A stretch of DNA of 64,000 nucleotides from Parachlamydiales bacterium (GCA_050302075.1 JBNLAH010000002.1:218427-282426), one strand, 5' to 3'; counted from the first letter of the stretch, positions 29,041 through 38,208 are shown. Made by a program: numbers and translations. The notes: a model not told the origin generated them from the sequence alone.

Positions 29041-29928
29041 TTATACTTTTTTTGAAAATAGTTTTTCGACTAAAATTTCAAGGTCGTTTGTGTTACGATC
29101 TATCGATCTTAAAAGATTAATGGACTTTTGCTTAAGATCTTTGATGTGCAGTCTTGCTTCGTCAATTCCAACACAGCTAACATAAGTAGCTTTTTTGTTA
29201 ATCATATCTGATTTAGCAGGCTTTCCCAAAGAATCTGTGGATGAGGTAACATCTAATATGTCATCTTGAATTTGAAAAGCTAGGCCAACAAATTCTCCAA
29301 TTTTTTGAAGTATATTTCTCTCATGTTGGGTAGCATCTCCTAAAATTGCACCAAATTCTAAGCTTGCTAAGATCATTGAAGCGGTTTTTTTTCGGTGCAT
29401 TTTTTCAATCAGTGTTTGAGATAAGTTTTTTCCTTCTGATGTTAGATCAATAATTTGTCCTTTGATTAACTCATTACCCCCAGATCTATGCGCTAGTGTT
29501 TTAACTAATTGTAGTTTTTTTTCAGGTGATATGCCTTCTAAATTTGCCAAGAGCTCAAAAGGGTATGTTAATAGAAAATCGCCAGCTAAAATTGCAATAG
29601 ACTCACTATATGCAATGTGCAAAGAAGGCTTCCCTCTACGATAGTCATCATCGTCCATACTTGGAAGGTCATCATGAATTAAGGAGTAGGTATGGATCAT
29701 TTCAATGCAACAAGCAGGGTCAATACTTATATTATCTTTAACGTTAAAAGCATTGGCCGTAGCAATGACAAACATTGGCCTTAATCTTTTTGCTTTTGAG
29801 AGCAATGAATATTTAACAGCTTCACATAAAATATCCGGCTCGGAAAAAACATCGTCAATCAGATCTTCAAGCCTTAGGTTTATTTTCTCGGCCAGATCGT
29901 CAAAGGTGGTGTTATGAGTTTTTTGCAT
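29041..29928 (-). CDS. ispA: Polyprenyl (farnesyl/geranylgeranyl) diphosphate synthase
   Basis: KRLRP, EMIHTYSLIHDDLPSMDDDDYRRGKP, GQIID, KTA, FQIQDDILD; start refined to MQKTH. Confidence 0.93.
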   Translation of the reverse strand: MQKTHNTTFDDLAEKINLRLEDLIDDVFSEPDILCEAVKYSLLSKAKRLRPMFVIATANAFNVKDNISIDPACCIEMIHTYSLIHDDLPSMDDDDYRRGKPSLHIAYSESIAILAGDFLLTYPFELLANLEGISPEKKLQLVKTLAHRSGGNELIKGQIIDLTSEGKNLSQTLIEKMHRKKTASMILASLEFGAILGDATQHERNILQKIGEFVGLAFQIQDDILDVTSSTDSLGKPAKSDMINKKATYVSCVGIDEARLHIKDLKQKSINLLRSIDRNTNDLEILVEKLFSKKV

Positions 29929-31249
29929 CAGGAATTCCAATTCCAATGTATTTAAATCCTTCTTGTTGCATTTTTGAAGGGGTGTATTGATTGCGTCCAT
30001 CAAAAAGAACATATCTTTTCATTTTGTCTTTTATAGGCTTGAAGTCAACTAAGCGAAATTGTTTCCATTCAGTTAAAAGTGCGATGGCATCAGCGCCGTC
30101 AGCTGCATCGAATTCACTTTTACACCAAGTTAAATTTTTCATCTTTTGCAAGATTTTTTTTGCATTATCCATGGCAACCGGGTCGTATAATCGAAGTTTT
30201 GCACCTTTATCAATCAATTGCTTAATTAATGTAATTGAAGGAGCTTCTCGCATATCATCTGTATCAGGTTTAAAGGAAAGCCCCCAGATAGCAATTGTCT
30301 TATCTTTGACCCCACCTAATTCAGAAAAATAATTCTGGATATTTTCAGCCAGTACTTTTTTCTGCCTTATATTCACTTCATCTACAGCATCAAGTAAAAT
30401 AGGCTCGCATTCATATTGTTTTGCAATTGACCTTAAAGCTCTAATATCTTTTGGAAAACAAGATCCACCATAACCAATCCCAGCATATAAAAAACTATAT
30501 CCAATTCGTGAGTCTGATCCTATTCCTTTTCGAACTTCGTTAATATTGGCCCCAACTTTTTTGCAAATTTGTGCAATTTCATTCATAAAAGAAATTCGAG
30601 TTGCAAGCATTGCATTAGCTGCATACTTAGTCATTTCAGCAGAGTTACGATCCATAATTAGAATTCGGTCATGATTCAAAGTAAATGGTTCATACAATTT
30701 TTTTAATAAATCAGCGGCACTTTTATCATTTGCCCCTATTATAATTCGATCGGGTTTCATGCAATCTTGAATTGCAGAACCTTCTTTCAGAAACTCTGGA
30801 TTTGAAACTACTGAAAAAGAAATTTTTTCTGTTAAATTATCAATAATTACTTTTTCTATTAAATCACCAGTTTTAACAGGAGATGTAGATTTATTTACTA
30901 CAACTATTGAATTTTTTAAATTTTGAGCAATTAGTTTAGAGCACTCTACAACATAGCTAAGATCACATGAGCCATCGTCTGCAGAAGGGGTTGGGACTGC
31001 AATAAAGCATACTTCAGCTTTTTTTAAAGCCTCATCATAGGAAGTTGTGAAAAAAAGTCTTTTTGACTCTTTGTTCCTTATTACCAGTTCCTTCAAACCA
31101 GGTTCATATATTGGTATTATTCCCTGATTTAATTCTTCAATTTTCTTTTTATTAACATCTACGCAAGTAACAGTATGCCCCATTTCAGCAAAACAAGTTC
31201 CTGTTACTAGCCCTACATAACCTGTCCCAAAAATTGCGATATGCATCAT
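29912..31249 (-). CDS. ugd: UDP-glucose 6-dehydrogenase
   Basis: GTGYVGL, PIYEPGL, SNPEFLKEG, KYAANAMLA, GYGGSCFPKD, GLSFKPDTDDMRE, DGRN. Confidence 0.95.
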   Translation of the reverse strand: MMHIAIFGTGYVGLVTGTCFAEMGHTVTCVDVNKKKIEELNQGIIPIYEPGLKELVIRNKESKRLFFTTSYDEALKKAEVCFIAVPTPSADDGSCDLSYVVECSKLIAQNLKNSIVVVNKSTSPVKTGDLIEKVIIDNLTEKISFSVVSNPEFLKEGSAIQDCMKPDRIIIGANDKSAADLLKKLYEPFTLNHDRILIMDRNSAEMTKYAANAMLATRISFMNEIAQICKKVGANINEVRKGIGSDSRIGYSFLYAGIGYGGSCFPKDIRALRSIAKQYECEPILLDAVDEVNIRQKKVLAENIQNYFSELGGVKDKTIAIWGLSFKPDTDDMREAPSITLIKQLIDKGAKLRLYDPVAMDNAKKILQKMKNLTWCKSEFDAADGADAIALLTEWKQFRLVDFKPIKDKMKRYVLFDGRNQYTPSKMQQEGFKYIGIGIPDAKNS

Positions 31250-31309
31250 AGACTCCCAACTAAAGCAATATTAGTAACAGAATATTGAATAGATCTCCAG
31301 CAAATATGT

Positions 31310-31978
31310 TTATGAAAGAGGAAATAAAGAACCATCTTTAAGTTCTAAAGACTTATCACATAATGATGCTAGGTTTAGATCATGAGTTGCGATAATCAAA
31401 CTTTTTTGTTCATTTTTTGTAATTGAAAGTAAAAGCTTATGAATTGTTTTAGAATTTTTATGGTCTAAGTTTCCGGACGGCTCATCAGCTAAAATAATGT
31501 CAGGGTCATTACAGAAAGCTCTAGCGATAGATACTCTTTGCTTTTCACCTCCAGATAAAAATTTTGTCTGAAAATTCTTTCTATGGCTTAACCCTACTAG
31601 TTCAATGTACTTTTCAGCTCTTTTAGAGGTTGTTTTAAGATTTTTTCTACCAATTCGTGCTGGGAAAGTGACATTATCTAAGACTGTAAAGTCATCTAAT
31701 AAATTATAATCTTGGAAAATAAATCCTATTTTTTCATTTCTTATCTTGGCAGCATTGTTAAAATTAATGTTAACAGAGGATAGCTTTATAAAGCCCTCGT
31801 CGGGTTTTTCCAAAAGCCCAAAAATATTCAGCAGAGTTGTTTTACCTTCACCTGATGAGCCCATAATAGCTATGGACTCAGAGGGTTTAATTGAAAATGA
31901 AATTTTTTTAAGCACATCTACTCTTTGAGGATGTAAATAGTGCTTTGAGATATTTTCAGCTTCTAAATTGAATGTCAC
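31310..31978 (-). CDS. lolD: Lipoprotein-releasing ABC transporter ATPase LolD
   Basis: GSSGEGKTT, IGFIFQDYNLL, LSGGEKQRVSIARA, LADEPSGNLD, ATHD. Confidence 0.88.
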   Translation of the reverse strand: MTFNLEAENISKHYLHPQRVDVLKKISFSIKPSESIAIMGSSGEGKTTLLNIFGLLEKPDEGFIKLSSVNINFNNAAKIRNEKIGFIFQDYNLLDDFTVLDNVTFPARIGRKNLKTTSKRAEKYIELVGLSHRKNFQTKFLSGGEKQRVSIARAFCNDPDIILADEPSGNLDHKNSKTIHKLLLSITKNEQKSLIIATHDLNLASLCDKSLELKDGSLFPLS

Positions 31979-32789
31979 GTTCTTTTAACCTTTTTTTGAT
32001 TACAGCTTCAAGCTCATTTTGTGAGTGGCAGTAGTAACAATTTATCCCATACATGCAGTTATTGTTGAGAAAATTAACGCATATTGCTGCTATTTTCTCT
32101 ACTCTTAACTCTCTTAATTCATGTTCTCCATGGGCAAAAGAACAATTTCTTGCTTTTCTACAAGTTTTTCCCCTAGCATGATATTTACAAAGCCTAGTTT
32201 TGTAATTATGACAAGTTGCAGCAGCTTCTAAGTCTTGATTTGGTTGCACTTCTGGTTTAATTAATCCTTTACAGACTGCAAATTGAAAAAGCTGCTGGTA
32301 TCTTCTAGTAAAGTAGCTGTATGAAGCAATAGCTTTGCTATACTTTTCATGATGAAATGAGAAGAGTACTAGATTGCGTTCTTTTTTCGCTTTTTTTATC
32401 TCTCTTAGATGATAATTTGACAACATATAGTTTTCATTAGACTTTATATATGCTGCGTGTATAGCTCTTAAATACGTTATTTGTAGATTGTTTAGGCTAA
32501 ATACTGGTGGCTGCCTGCGCTCTTGAGGTGAGTATCTAATAGGGCCTTGCGCCTCTAAAAATCTTCTTGTTGTAGGTGCTAGGAGATCTATCGCACGTTC
32601 AGCCGCTGTTTTTTTCTCACCTTCGCTATCAATTGTTTTTTCTCTTGGAGTACTGCTTTGAATAGCTTTTTCCATACTAGGCAATATATGACTGATTAAA
32701 TCAGCTGATCTGGGAGTTACACTAAGTGTGTCCTCTCTTGGATTACTGGGGGCTATTATTGGATTAGTAGCAATTGTTGGAAATGACAT
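31956..32789 (-). CDS. Tandem CCCH zinc-finger protein (TTP/ZFP36-like) with N-terminal extension
   Basis: NYKTRL-C-x8-C-x5-C-x3-H-GEHEL, then C-x7-C-x5-C-x3-H-SQNEL. Confidence 0.85.
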   Translation of the reverse strand: MSFPTIATNPIIAPSNPREDTLSVTPRSADLISHILPSMEKAIQSSTPREKTIDSEGEKKTAAERAIDLLAPTTRRFLEAQGPIRYSPQERRQPPVFSLNNLQITYLRAIHAAYIKSNENYMLSNYHLREIKKAKKERNLVLFSFHHEKYSKAIASYSYFTRRYQQLFQFAVCKGLIKPEVQPNQDLEAAATCHNYKTRLCKYHARGKTCRKARNCSFAHGEHELRELRVEKIAAICVNFLNNNCMYGINCYYCHSQNELEAVIKKRLKERDIQFRS

Positions 32790-32846
32790 AATCTTAATCC
32801 TCTCTTTAAATTTAAAAAATACTTTCTTAACAAAAGTTAGCCGCCA

Positions 32847-32874
32847 ATCTTATGAAAAGCATCTTTTTTTTCAA
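32847..32874 (-). promoter_or_regulatory. Putative sigma66/70 promoter TTGAAA-N16-TAAGAT
   Basis: Read on the minus strand upstream of ATG 32789. Confidence 0.4.
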
Positions 32875-33129
32875 ATTATAAAATAACCATCTACTTTCAG
32901 AAATTTTTTATAGAAATTTTCCTCATAAGGTTTTTAAGTAAAATAAAATATATCTGATATAGAAATGCAATATGGTCGATGATTCTTTAAGATAAAGTTG
33001 TTTGTGTAGGAAACTGTGACTGGTAATATTTATAACTAAGGATAGCTGTGAAATTTTTTATTACGCCTTAAGTTAATTTTAATTTTTCATGGGGCAAGAA
33101 GCCCCAGATATACAAATTTTAGTTCTAAC

Positions 33130-34299
33130 TTAAGCTGATATACCATTTTTATCTAATAGGATTTTAAAGTAGCTAAGCTCATTTTTAGTATGAACAAAAG
33201 GGCAAAAGGTTAGACGAAGGCAACTTTTGCCAAATCTGCATCTCCTGTTAATTTTATTATCAAACTTTTTAATTTCTCTTTTACTATGAGCAAAATGACA
33301 ATTCCTTCTATTGCAGGCGCCGTATTTAATGAATGCTTTGCAAAATGCTGTGGCTAATTTTTTAGTTTTCTCTCTAGTTTTATTGCTAGCTAAGGAAGCA
33401 GCACCACAATCTCTTTTAGTATGCGTTGTTGGAGCTCTAAAAGAATGGCGGTAAGCTTTCGCTTTGGTAGTCTTATCTTTTGAAGCTTGAGAACTTGATT
33501 GACTTGCTTCAGCATGGGCTGCTCCTCCTGTATTTTTAGAAGTATTAGCTGGAGAAGCTGCGTGGACAATACTGCAGTTTCTTTTATTTCGCGGCCTCAT
33601 TATGAGGATACTTTCTGGGGCTGAGAACTCTGCTTGAGCTGCAGGACATGTTCCACTAGAATTACTGGTTGCTGCATATTGAGATGATAAGATAGTTAAA
33701 TCTTGTGAAATTTGCATAGTTTTCATACAAGCTTGCGAAGCAAATGAAAATTGAAAAGCTGCAAGTGCTACATTGTGGTATAAATATTTTGACCTAATCT
33801 CAAAAGAACGCAAGCTTTCTGATTCTGTAACTTCTTTGTGTGGATTAATTTTATCTAAAAGCTCTCTGAGGTGAGCTGAGTGATAGTTAATAAAACCTAG
33901 TAATTTTTCTTCATCCAAATTATCTGCTTGAAAAGGTTCCAATTCAACAGCTGTGTAATTTTCTGGCACTTCTTCAGCTCTATTATTTATATGTAATAAA
34001 AAGTTGTGTAATTGAATGTAAAAACTAGATCTAGCCCAAGCCTCTGTATATATTAATTGATTTAACCAATTATTATCTGTTTGTATTGCCTCAAAGTACC
34101 TAAATTGTTTTTTCTGAGATGTCTCAGCAAATTTGAGATATGAACTTAGAGCGTCGCTTATTACGTTTCTTAATTTGTTATCGATAGTTGACTGGGATTG
34201 AGCTGCCGGCGATTCCTCAGCTTCAGGATTAGTATATAGATTTAAAATACTACTATTTAAAGGTTGAAGATCTGTAAAGTTATCTGACTGAATACTCAT
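33130..34299 (-). CDS. Divergent tandem CCCH zinc-finger protein with long N-terminal domain and S/A/K-rich linker
   Basis: ATAF-C-x8-C-x4-C-x3-H-S..EI and C-x5-C-x5-C-x3-H-T.NEL near the C-terminus. Confidence 0.8.
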   Translation of the reverse strand: MSIQSDNFTDLQPLNSSILNLYTNPEAEESPAAQSQSTIDNKLRNVISDALSSYLKFAETSQKKQFRYFEAIQTDNNWLNQLIYTEAWARSSFYIQLHNFLLHINNRAEEVPENYTAVELEPFQADNLDEEKLLGFINYHSAHLRELLDKINPHKEVTESESLRSFEIRSKYLYHNVALAAFQFSFASQACMKTMQISQDLTILSSQYAATSNSSGTCPAAQAEFSAPESILIMRPRNKRNCSIVHAASPANTSKNTGGAAHAEASQSSSQASKDKTTKAKAYRHSFRAPTTHTKRDCGAASLASNKTREKTKKLATAFCKAFIKYGACNRRNCHFAHSKREIKKFDNKINRRCRFGKSCLRLTFCPFVHTKNELSYFKILLDKNGISA

Positions 34300-34422
34300 A
34301 AGCTTTTAGTTCCTTTTTTATTGAATTAAGTGGCAATTGCCTTTATATATGTTTATTAGTTGTTTATATCTTTTCTCAGCTTTTTCTAAGTCATAGAACA
34401 TAGCAGCAAGTCTTGATAGCCC

Positions 34423-34872
34423 TTACTTGCTTGCATTAAATCTTCGATCATAAACTGTTTGAAAAATTTGAGTTTCTCGAGGGAGCTCTACTAGTTCTTC
34501 AGGCCCGTGAGCAAAATCACAGTCATCTCCAAACTGGCAAACACCCCCTTGTAAATAATTAACACAAAGTTGGGTTTTATAATTAGGACGTTGTCTTAGT
34601 TCTTCAGATCCATGAGCAAATTTACAACTTTCCCCACGGTAACATCTGCTTTTTATAAAATGACGGCACAACTGGGTTTTGTAATTATCTCGTTTCTTTT
34701 TTAAGCTAAGCTGTTCTTTTTTTGCGGGTTGTTTTAAAGCACTTTGGCAAACAGCCGTTGTCACAATCCTTTCCTGGAAAATCATCTCGACAGTTATATC
34801 TTTTTTAGTTGTACTTGGTTCTTGATATGAAAGACTTTCTTTTGATGTAGAAGAAGATACGCTTGAAGCCAT
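34423..34872 (-). CDS. Tandem CCCH zinc-finger protein, closely TTP/ZFP36/Cth-like
   Basis: NYKTQL-C-x7-C-x5-C-x3-H-GSEELR and NYKTQL-C-x8-C-x5-C-x3-H-GPEEL; S/T-rich N-terminus; AGAGG RBS. Confidence 0.92.
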   Translation of the reverse strand: MASSVSSSTSKESLSYQEPSTTKKDITVEMIFQERIVTTAVCQSALKQPAKKEQLSLKKKRDNYKTQLCRHFIKSRCYRGESCKFAHGSEELRQRPNYKTQLCVNYLQGGVCQFGDDCDFAHGPEELVELPRETQIFQTVYDRRFNASK

Positions 34873-34901
34873 CTTTTTACCTCTTTAAATAATGAGGGAT
34901 C

Positions 34902-34929
34902 ATCTTAAAGTTTTTAATAAAAAAATCAA
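34902..34929 (-). promoter_or_regulatory. Putative sigma66/70 promoter TTGATT-N16-TAAGAT
   Basis: Read on the minus strand upstream of ATG 34872. Confidence 0.4.
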
Positions 34930-34958
34930 CTACTAAAAATTTGAGTGGATTTTTTTAT

Positions 34959-36968
34959 TTACGATCTAAGTATTTTAGCTGGGTTAAGATTTGCGGCTTT
35001 TAGAGCTGGTATAATTCCAGCAAGCAAAGAGATTATTGGTGTTACAATTAAAATAAATAGAAGAGCTTCTGAGCTCAAGTTATTTGGAAGAGAACTACCA
35101 AAAAAGGCAGCATTAAAGGCCTGGTGACCTTGAAGCCTACTTAAGAATGCAGCAATTGAATCAATGTGTTTTAAAGTGACTACTGCAAGGAATGTTCCAA
35201 TGGCGCTGCTCAAAAAACCTGTGATAAAGCCACATGCGCCAAAAATAAAAGCTATGCTTTTTTTAGAAGCTCCAAGTGACATAAGTATAGCAATTTCTTT
35301 TTTCTTATCGTTTACTAACAATATTAGCATTGAAATAACATTTGAACATGCCACCATTAAAATTATAATAGCAACTAAAGAAAATAAGAGCTTATCACTT
35401 TGAAACTGTTGTAATAAATCTTTTGAAAAATCGAAATCTTCATATGTCTCAACTTTCCAATATTTATCTACTTTCTTATCAATAAAGCCTGTTTCAATTA
35501 AGGATTTTATTTTTTTAGCATCCTTCAATGGCGTATTCCAAATGAAAAGCCCATTGTTGGTTATTTCACTAGTTGAAACAAATGATGAAGAGTTAATAAT
35601 TCTTACTAATTCAATTGGAGCTATTAAAAACCTACTTCCTAACGGAAATACACCAGGATCATAAAAACCTGCTATATAAAAAGGAGTTCTCATTTCCTTA
35701 GATGATGTAGAACTTGCAGATGAAAATCCAAAGTAACCATTGTCTCCAATTAGCGCATGATTTTTTTTGAAAGATTTAGGGAGTAGAGTACCATAGCTAT
35801 TGTTTATCTTTGGTAAAATATAGCCCTTGTTTTTAACAAAATAAATCCAAGGGGGAGGAGTTTTGGGTTCGTTGTCAAAATTTATTTTTGCCTTAGCTTT
35901 GACTAATTTGCATGCTCTTAAAGAGATTTTTTCATTAATTGGGTTATTTTGAATTATTCCTTTAACAAAAAGATCTTCGTTTTCAATTGACTCAACATCA
36001 AAATAAAGTGGCTCTTTAGTGTATAAAATAGTTGATTGGACGTCGAAATTTTTTTCTAATCTGCCATTTACGATGTACAAAATTTTATCTTTCAGTCTGA
36101 TGATTTGAGTGTCAGATTGACCATTGTTTTTTAGCAGAATTTGCTTCTTACCTCGAATTTCAGATAATTTTTCCACATAAAAAAGAACTTTCTCAGGTAA
36201 TAGATAATAGGGGAGAGATGGATCTTTTAATTGAACTTTTTTAATTTGAATATTTTCTAATACCCTTTGATTAAATGAGGTATTATCAGGTGAAAAAGCT
36301 ATTCTATCTTTTAATGAAGCCTCATTTTTATTGATGAGAAGATTTTCAATATCTTCTATTGAAGGCTTTACTAAAAGGTTAGATAAATTTGGGTTTTTTT
36401 CAGAAAGTGACAATATATAAGTCATTTGTGATACAAAAGAAGTTTGTGGTAACAAGTTATCTGAACTTCTGTTTAATGAAAGCCGCATGAAAGCTCCACT
36501 TAATTCGTAATCTTGAAATTCAAGCGCGGGAAAGTCTTTTTTCAAGTTATTAAGATCGCTATAAGCAATTTTAACTAGATCTTTCACTTTCCCATTATCA
36601 TCTACGTCCGGTTTATTCCAATGGTAAGGAATTTCAATATCTGAATCTGATAAGTAGGGATTTGCTAGGTTGGAATTTTTTTTTTCTCCTATGGTTTTAG
36701 TCTCATAAAAAGACTCAGATGAAAGATTATCGATTAGATAATAATATGATTTGTAATATTCATCTGTTGGGGTAATCCTAATAGGAGCATTTAAAGAAGT
36801 AAGTTTATTAAGCCAATTTTGTTCTAAACCGGCTGTCACAGATAAGAATATTAAGACGAGCCAGACTACCAAAGAAATCACAACAAATGCAATTAGTGAT
36901 ATAACTGATGTAGAGATGGCTCTTTTTTTAGGAATTAAGTACTTGAGAGCGACAAAAAGCTCATACAT
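34959..36968 (-). CDS. Lipoprotein-releasing ABC transporter permease LolC/E (FtsX-like), with large periplasmic insertion
   Basis: ELFVALKYLIPKK, VVWLVLIFLSV..G, ACSNVISML...DKKKEIAIL.SLGA, PALKAA.LNP..ILR. Confidence 0.88.
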   Translation of the reverse strand: MYELFVALKYLIPKKRAISTSVISLIAFVVISLVVWLVLIFLSVTAGLEQNWLNKLTSLNAPIRITPTDEYYKSYYYLIDNLSSESFYETKTIGEKKNSNLANPYLSDSDIEIPYHWNKPDVDDNGKVKDLVKIAYSDLNNLKKDFPALEFQDYELSGAFMRLSLNRSSDNLLPQTSFVSQMTYILSLSEKNPNLSNLLVKPSIEDIENLLINKNEASLKDRIAFSPDNTSFNQRVLENIQIKKVQLKDPSLPYYLLPEKVLFYVEKLSEIRGKKQILLKNNGQSDTQIIRLKDKILYIVNGRLEKNFDVQSTILYTKEPLYFDVESIENEDLFVKGIIQNNPINEKISLRACKLVKAKAKINFDNEPKTPPPWIYFVKNKGYILPKINNSYGTLLPKSFKKNHALIGDNGYFGFSSASSTSSKEMRTPFYIAGFYDPGVFPLGSRFLIAPIELVRIINSSSFVSTSEITNNGLFIWNTPLKDAKKIKSLIETGFIDKKVDKYWKVETYEDFDFSKDLLQQFQSDKLLFSLVAIIILMVACSNVISMLILLVNDKKKEIAILMSLGASKKSIAFIFGACGFITGFLSSAIGTFLAVVTLKHIDSIAAFLSRLQGHQAFNAAFFGSSLPNNLSSEALLFILIVTPIISLLAGIIPALKAANLNPAKILRS

Positions 36969-36972
36969 TACT

Positions 36973-37134
36973 TTACTTAGCTTCTCTAAAAATCACGCGC
37001 TTGCGAAGTTTTTTATCGAATTTTTTAAGTTCAAGTCTCTCAGTTACGTTCCTTTTATTTTTTTCTGTCCAGTAGACTTCGTTACTTTCAGTACTTTTTA
37101 ATTTAATTTTCTCGCGTGGTCCTTTTTTAGCCAT
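36973..37134 (-). CDS. rpmG: 50S ribosomal protein L33 (Zn-free type), absent from the ORF track
   Basis: Manual translation [53 protein letters not shown]. Confidence 0.95.
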   Translation of the reverse strand: MAKKGPREKIKLKSTESNEVYWTEKNKRNVTERLELKKFDKKLRKRVIFREAK

Positions 37135-37188
37135 TTGTCAACCTCTGTTTAATAGATAGATGATTTTACAAGATTGAAAATATAAGTC

Positions 37189-38208
37189 TCAAGTGTAAAA
37201 AGCAGCTCTTGGTAATGGAGATAGGTCAATTTCTGATCCTTTTTTTGATAAATTAAATTTTTGATAGCCAAGTCCAGCTATCATAGCTGCATTGTCTAAG
37301 GAAAGGTCTTTAGATGGCCAAAAAAAGGGAGTTGAGAGTTTTCTCTCTTCTATCATTTTCCTAAGCGTCATACTTTGAGTGACCCCTCCGCCGAAATAAA
37401 CAGCTTTTGCATCAATAAGAGGGATTGCTTTTTCAACTTTTTTTATGACATCTGAAAAGGCAGCTTTTTGAAATGCAGCAGCGATGTGTCTTTTTTCATC
37501 ATCAGAAACTCTAAGTGGGCTATTTTTATTAGCTCCTTGACCTTTAAGTGTATATAAAACTTTTGTTTTAAGGCCGCTGAATGAAAAATCAAAAGACCTT
37601 CCTTTTATTTCAGCTGGTTTGAAATTAAATATTTGAGGATCTCCCAATTTGGCTAATTTTTCAATCTCAGGTCCTCCGGGATAAGGAAGATCAAGCATAG
37701 AGGCCACCTTATCAAAAGCTTCACCTATGGCATCGTCGATGGTCTGTCCAATCAATTCGTAGTCGCCAACTGCATTTATTTTAACTAATATGGTATGACC
37801 ACCAGATAAAACTACGCCAAGTGATGGGAATAATTTTTTCTGACCCATCATAGCGGCATAAAGGTGAGCCTCGACATGATTTACTCCAATAAAAGGGATA
37901 TTTTTAGCAAAAGCAAGACTTTTAGCGCAGTTCACTCCTACGAGCAGTGCTCCCATAAGTCCAGGGGCATATGCAACCGCTATTAAATCTATATTATCCA
38001 AGCTAACATTTGCTGTTTTAAGAGCCTTATCTACAGCTGAAGTTATAACTTCAATATGTTTCCTGCTGGCAAGCTCTGGAAAAACTCCGCCATATTGTTT
38101 ATGGAGATCAATTTGAGAAAAGATAATATTTGACAAGATTAAATCGTTGTCTGATACAACAGCTGCAGCTGTCTCATCACAAGTAGTTTCTATTCCAAGT
38201 ACAATCAT
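37189..38208 (-). CDS. tsaD: tRNA N6-threonylcarbamoyladenosine synthase TsaD
   Basis: LGIETTCDET, YGGVFPELASRKH, NHVEAH, SGGHT, DDAIGEAFDK, FSFSGLKT, DNAAMIA. Confidence 0.96.
   Translation of the reverse strand: MIVLGIETTCDETAAAVVSDNDLILSNIIFSQIDLHKQYGGVFPELASRKHIEVITSAVDKALKTANVSLDNIDLIAVAYAPGLMGALLVGVNCAKSLAFAKNIPFIGVNHVEAHLYAAMMGQKKLFPSLGVVLSGGHTILVKINAVGDYELIGQTIDDAIGEAFDKVASMLDLPYPGGPEIEKLAKLGDPQIFNFKPAEIKGRSFDFSFSGLKTKVLYTLKGQGANKNSPLRVSDDEKRHIAAAFQKAAFSDVIKKVEKAIPLIDAKAVYFGGGVTQSMTLRKMIEERKLSTPFFWPSKDLSLDNAAMIAGLGYQKFNLSKKGSEIDLSPLPRAAFYT

Noticed and set aside
32495..32525. RRQPPVF in the 277-aa CCCH protein resembling the TTP CNOT1-binding RRLPIF motif
   Set aside because: Imperfect match, internal rather than C-terminal; too short to support
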